From the NCBI RefSeq assembly GCF_000621645.1, contig NZ_KK211323.1:94947-126946 (forward strand): DNA of 32,000 nucleotides. Direction: 5' to 3'. The translations under genes were made by a program, and so were the position numbers. This DNA is from Vibrio cholerae ATCC 14035. Lineage in GTDB: Bacteria; Pseudomonadota; Gammaproteobacteria; Enterobacterales; Vibrionaceae. Shown here one piece after another: positions 28,735-32,000 of this stretch (within the stretch, counting starts at the first letter, position 1; each line of letters begins with the position of its first letter). Below the pieces are notes generated by a model. It worked only from the letters and a program-made list of their open reading frames with translations, was not told the origin of the DNA and ran no database searches.

Positions 28735-31041
28735 ATGTGTACTAAACACCATGCTTGTCGTTCAAAATCGTTAACTCAACCTATGCACAGCCACCAAACG
28801 AGCTGTGACGGAAGCCCCAAAATTGTCGCCATTCGTGCGGCAGGCGTAAGCGCTTCTTGTGACGGCGATAGTTGCTGTACCAGTGATGGTGGTGGCGGTG
28901 CGACGTTGGAAGAAGACCCCGAGCGACGTCACGAACCACGTTCATCACACTATCAGCAGAGTTGGTATATCGCAGGAATGGACTGTCCTTCTTGCGCACA
29001 AAAAATTGAAAAAGCCGTTAAGCAGTTGGGTGATGTCACTCAAGTGCAGGTGATGTTCGCCACTCAGAAATTGGTGGTTGGCTTTAATCAACCCTCAACC
29101 GCGCCGCTTATCGAACAAGCAGTACGCGACAGCGGTTTTAGCCTAAACCCAGCCGCCAGTTCAGCGGCAACACCATCCCAATCCAAGCCGCCCCTCTGGC
29201 AGAGTGAAAACGCACGAATTATCGGTATCGCTGCGCTGATGGCAATAGGTGCCTTAGTCAACTCCAGCGAGATGAGCCGCTGGATTTATACGCTGACTTG
29301 TCTATTGGGGCTGTTCCCCATCCTTCAACAAGCTTGGCGTCTTGCCAAATCGGGTTCTCCTTTCTCGATTGAAACCTTAATGTCGGTTGCCGCAATTGGC
29401 GCGCTTTATTTGGGGGAAACCTTAGAAGCCGCCATGGTATTACTGCTGTTTTTGATTGGTGAGCGCTTGGAGGCTTATGCCGCTTCTCGGGCACGTACGG
29501 GCGTACAAGCCTTGATGGCGCTGGTGCCAGAAACGGCGATTCGTATAGAACATGGAGAGCGTGTTACCGTTCCTGCCGCGCAGTTGCAACCGGGCGATGT
29601 CATTGAAGTGGCTCCCGGAGGTCGTTTACCAGCGGATGGGCGCTTACTTGCCGCCGCCAGTCTGGATAACAGTGCGTTAACGGGCGAATCCTTACCTGTC
29701 GAATTAACGGCAGGGGAGCGAGTTTCTGCAGGTTGTGTGATCGTGGATAAGGTGGTGCAGATTGAAATCACCTCGAAACAAGGTGAAAACGCCATCGACC
29801 GTATTTTGCATATGATTGAAGAGGCGGAATCGCGCAAAGCACCCCTGGAGCGTTTTTTAGATAAATTCAGTCGTTGGTATACCCCGCTGATGATGCTGGT
29901 CGCGCTCGCCGTGATTGTGGTCCCGCCATTAGCGTTTGGTGCCGATTGGCAGACTTGGATTTACCGTGGCCTTGCTTTGCTGCTCATCGCTTGTCCTTGT
30001 GCGCTAGTGATCTCCACACCTGCGGCGATCACTTCGGGTTTGGCGGCGGCGGCGCGTCGTGGGGCTTTAATTAAAGGTGGTGCGGCATTAGAGCAATTGG
30101 GAAAAATCGAGACCATTGCCTTTGATAAGACAGGCACCTTGACCGAAGGTAAACCGCAAGTCACAGACCTTATCCCGCTGCAAGGTTGGGATAGCGCGAC
30201 CTTGTTAGCTCGGGCTGCTGCGATTGAGATGGGCTCACATCATCCCTTAGCGACCTCGCTGGTGGCAAAAGCGCAGGCGGAGCAACTGACCATCCCACAA
30301 GCGCAAGAGCGTACCGCCTTGGTTGGGCGAGGCATTAGCGGCCAGATTGATGGTGTTCAGTATCGTCTGCTTGCGCCAAATCGGGTCGAAACCAAATTGC
30401 CCGACGTGGTGAAACAGCATGTCGAAATGCTTGAAGCTGAAAGTAAAACCGTAGTCGTGATGCTGGCAAGTGACGCGGTGGTTGGTGTGATTGCTTGGCA
30501 AGACACGCTGCGCAGTGATGCACGTCAAGCGGTCGCCGCCTTACATCAACTCGGGATTAACGCCTTGATGCTGACGGGAGACAACGAACGCAGCGCGGCC
30601 GCAATGAGCCAGCAACTGAATATGGATTTTCGGGCAGGTTTATTGCCGCAAGATAAAGTCGGCTACATTCAGCAGTTGGCGCAACATCAACGTGTCGCCA
30701 TGGTGGGCGATGGCATTAACGATGCCCCAGCCATGAAAGAGGCGAGTATTGGTATCGCAATGGGCGGCGGCACCGACGTCGCGCTAGAAACCGCCGATGC
30801 AGCACTGACTCACAATCGCTTGATTGAGTTGCCGGGGATGATTGAGCTGTCTCGTGCTACGTTGGCCATCATTCGCCAAAACGTGGTCTTAGCCTTGGGA
30901 CTTAAAGCGGTGTTCTTAGTCACCAGTTTACTTGGCATCACCGGATTATGGATGGCGGTATTGGCCGACAGCGGTGCAACCGCACTGGTCACGCTCAATG
31001 CACTGCGTCTGCTTAAATTCCGCTCTTCGACTTCGGAATAA
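28735..31041 (+). CDS. zntA: Zn/Cd/Pb-translocating P1B-type ATPase
   Basis: 768 aa. The Cys/His-rich N-terminus (CDGDSCC) precedes an HMA domain GMDCPSC. It also has the CPC transmembrane metal site, the DKTGTLT phosphorylation site and the GDGINDAP hinge. Confidence 0.93.
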   Translation: MCTKHHACRSKSLTQPMHSHQTSCDGSPKIVAIRAAGVSASCDGDSCCTSDGGGGATLEEDPERRHEPRSSHYQQSWYIAGMDCPSCAQKIEKAVKQLGDVTQVQVMFATQKLVVGFNQPSTAPLIEQAVRDSGFSLNPAASSAATPSQSKPPLWQSENARIIGIAALMAIGALVNSSEMSRWIYTLTCLLGLFPILQQAWRLAKSGSPFSIETLMSVAAIGALYLGETLEAAMVLLLFLIGERLEAYAASRARTGVQALMALVPETAIRIEHGERVTVPAAQLQPGDVIEVAPGGRLPADGRLLAAASLDNSALTGESLPVELTAGERVSAGCVIVDKVVQIEITSKQGENAIDRILHMIEEAESRKAPLERFLDKFSRWYTPLMMLVALAVIVVPPLAFGADWQTWIYRGLALLLIACPCALVISTPAAITSGLAAAARRGALIKGGAALEQLGKIETIAFDKTGTLTEGKPQVTDLIPLQGWDSATLLARAAAIEMGSHHPLATSLVAKAQAEQLTIPQAQERTALVGRGISGQIDGVQYRLLAPNRVETKLPDVVKQHVEMLEAESKTVVVMLASDAVVGVIAWQDTLRSDARQAVAALHQLGINALMLTGDNERSAAAMSQQLNMDFRAGLLPQDKVGYIQQLAQHQRVAMVGDGINDAPAMKEASIGIAMGGGTDVALETADAALTHNRLIELPGMIELSRATLAIIRQNVVLALGLKAVFLVTSLLGITGLWMAVLADSGATALVTLNALRLLKFRSSTSE

Positions 31042-31050
31042 GGTCGTTTA

Positions 31051-31077
31051 ACTAGGAGGTTCGCCTCCTAGTTTTTC
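31051..31077 (+). terminator. Rho-independent terminator after zntA
   Basis: ACTAGGAGG-TTCG-CCTCCTAGT followed by TTTT, 10 bp after the stop codon. Confidence 0.85.
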
Positions 31078-31104
31078 CGTATGTGTTTCAAGTCTCAACA
31101 ACTA

Positions 31105-31300
31105 TACCAAAACTACTTGGAGTTGCAGGTAGGCGGCAAGAGAGTGACAAATTTGTCTGGAACAAATTTGCACAGCCATCGGCTGGCCTTTGGTGAGAGC
31201 CAAGGATGGCTCTCATAATCCCCATGAGCATAGATAAACACTGTGATTGGGGTGAGCGAACGTAGCCAACACCGCTGCAGCTTCAAGTAGGAAGGGGATA
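31105..31300. repeat. ERIC/IRU (enterobacterial repetitive intergenic consensus) element with an internal ~70-bp insertion
   Basis: AATCCCCATGAGCATAGATAAACACTGTGATTGGGGTGAGCGAACG matches the ERIC core GTGAATCCCCAGGAGCTTACATAAGTAAGTGACTGGGGTGAGCG (ERIC1R/ERIC2 primer sites). The terminal inverted repeats are CTACTTGGAGTTGCAG (31113) and CTGCAGCTTCAAGTAG (31275-31290). Extra sequence at 31148-31217 interrupts the left arm. Confidence 0.85.
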
Positions 31301-31350
31301 GAGGTATCTCTCTGTAATAGGAATCGACTTGCATTACAGATACATTTGTT

Positions 31351-31418
31351 TGTGATGCAAATCGATTAATTATGAAAGTTTGATGTTTATTGCTGTCTTT
31401 GGTGTGATTGTTATCACT
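31351..31418 (+). promoter_or_regulatory. Tandem CRP sites of a CytR/CRP-type udp promoter
   Basis: TGTGATGCAAATCGAT (31351-31366) and TGTGATTGTTATCACT (31403-31418). Their centres are 52 bp apart. With TAAAGT (31440-31445) as the -10 element, the sites fall near -93.5 and -41.5. Confidence 0.65.
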
Positions 31419-31501
31419 TATTTGCGCGAAGCTATCGGGTAAAGTAACTCCGTACCCTAAATGATAAGTGCGCTGAATAGACGCAATTGAAGGAGCCCCC
31501 T

Positions 31502-32000
31502 ATGACCAAAACCGTATTCCACCTTGGTGTGACTGAAGCAGATTTAAACGGTGCCACACTCGCTATTATTCCGGGCGACCCTGCTCGTGTGCAGAAAATC
31601 GCGGAGCTGATGGATAACCCTGTTTTCCTCGCAAGCCATCGTGAATATACCGTATACCGCGCAGAGCTGGATGGGCAGTCTGTGGTGGTGTGTTCAACCG
31701 GTATCGGTGGACCTTCAACATCGATTGCGGTTGAAGAGTTAGCACAATTAGGCGTGCGTACTTTCTTGCGCGTTGGCACGACTGGTGCGATCCAGCCTCA
31801 TGTGAATGTCGGTGACATGATTGTCACAACCGGTTCTGTGCGTTTGGATGGTGCAAGTCTGCACTTTGCGCCGATGGAATTCCCAGCGGTACCGGATTTT
31901 GATGTGGCGACCGCAATGAAAGCGGCAGCACAAGAAAGCGGTGCAACAGTCCATATGGGTGTGACAGCGTCCTCCGATACCTTCTACCCAGGCCAAGAGC
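31502..32000 (+). CDS. udp: Uridine phosphorylase (N-terminal 166 codons; 3' end outside the window)
   Basis: Not in the ORF track because there is no stop codon within the window. ATG at 31502 with AAGGAG 8 nt upstream. [27 protein letters not shown]...[21 protein letters not shown]...[10 protein letters not shown] is collinear with E. coli Udp. Confidence 0.93.
   Translation, partial: MTKTVFHLGVTEADLNGATLAIIPGDPARVQKIAELMDNPVFLASHREYTVYRAELDGQSVVVCSTGIGGPSTSIAVEELAQLGVRTFLRVGTTGAIQPHVNVGDMIVTTGSVRLDGASLHFAPMEFPAVPDFDVATAMKAAAQESGATVHMGVTASSDTFYPGQE

Noticed and set aside
31113-31334. 73-aa minus-strand ORF
   Set aside because: It lies wholly within the ERIC repeat and its insertion, so it is a repeat-derived open frame.
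31432-31996. 115-aa and 82-aa minus-strand ORFs
   Set aside because: They are antisense to udp, whose plus-strand translation is collinear with E. coli uridine phosphorylase.

Overview
This window reads as a conserved core-chromosome segment of a Vibrio, most likely V. cholerae chromosome I. The qrr1 sRNA sequence and the luxO-luxU context are the main basis for that call. From memory it corresponds roughly to the hubP..udp stretch of N16961, which I cannot verify here.

Gene order:
- Plus strand: hubP/fimV 3' end, truA, accD, folC, dedD, cvpA, purF.
- Minus strand: an NhaC-family transporter and rnt.
- Plus strand: motY.
- Minus strand: a small Cys-rich hypothetical, gloA, nth, rnfE-G-D-C-B-A, and tRNA-Asn.
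- Plus strand: uvrB. Minus strand: qrr1. Plus strand: luxO, luxU. Minus strand: a ybhK/CofD-like gene.
- Plus strand: moaABCDE. Minus strand: a GGDEF protein. Plus strand: a CBS-pair protein, zntA, and the udp 5' part.

Coding density is high and almost every long ORF has a clear housekeeping identity. I see no integrase, transposase, CRISPR array, toxin-antitoxin pair or defence-island signature, and no convincing novel multi-gene system.

What stands out is regulatory or structural:
- A complete qrr1 / sigma-54 / LuxO-operator module, sitting inside the uvrB-ybhK-moa block that is contiguous in E. coli.
- A DARS1-like inverted DnaA-box pair upstream of uvrB, within an unusually long (~580 bp) non-coding span.
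- A perfect 7-1-7 Fur box in the promoter of an uncharacterised Cys-rich protein.
- About 4.5 near-identical 120-bp in-frame tandem repeats in the 3' end of rnfC.
- An ERIC/IRU repeat carrying an internal ~70-bp insertion.
- A candidate Moco riboswitch (moaA), a ZntR/MerR-type promoter (zntA), a PurR box (cvpA-purF), tandem CRP sites (udp) and a -24/-12 promoter (motY).

Several ORF-track starts are over-extended, and I give corrected starts. All motif calls were made by eye without tools.
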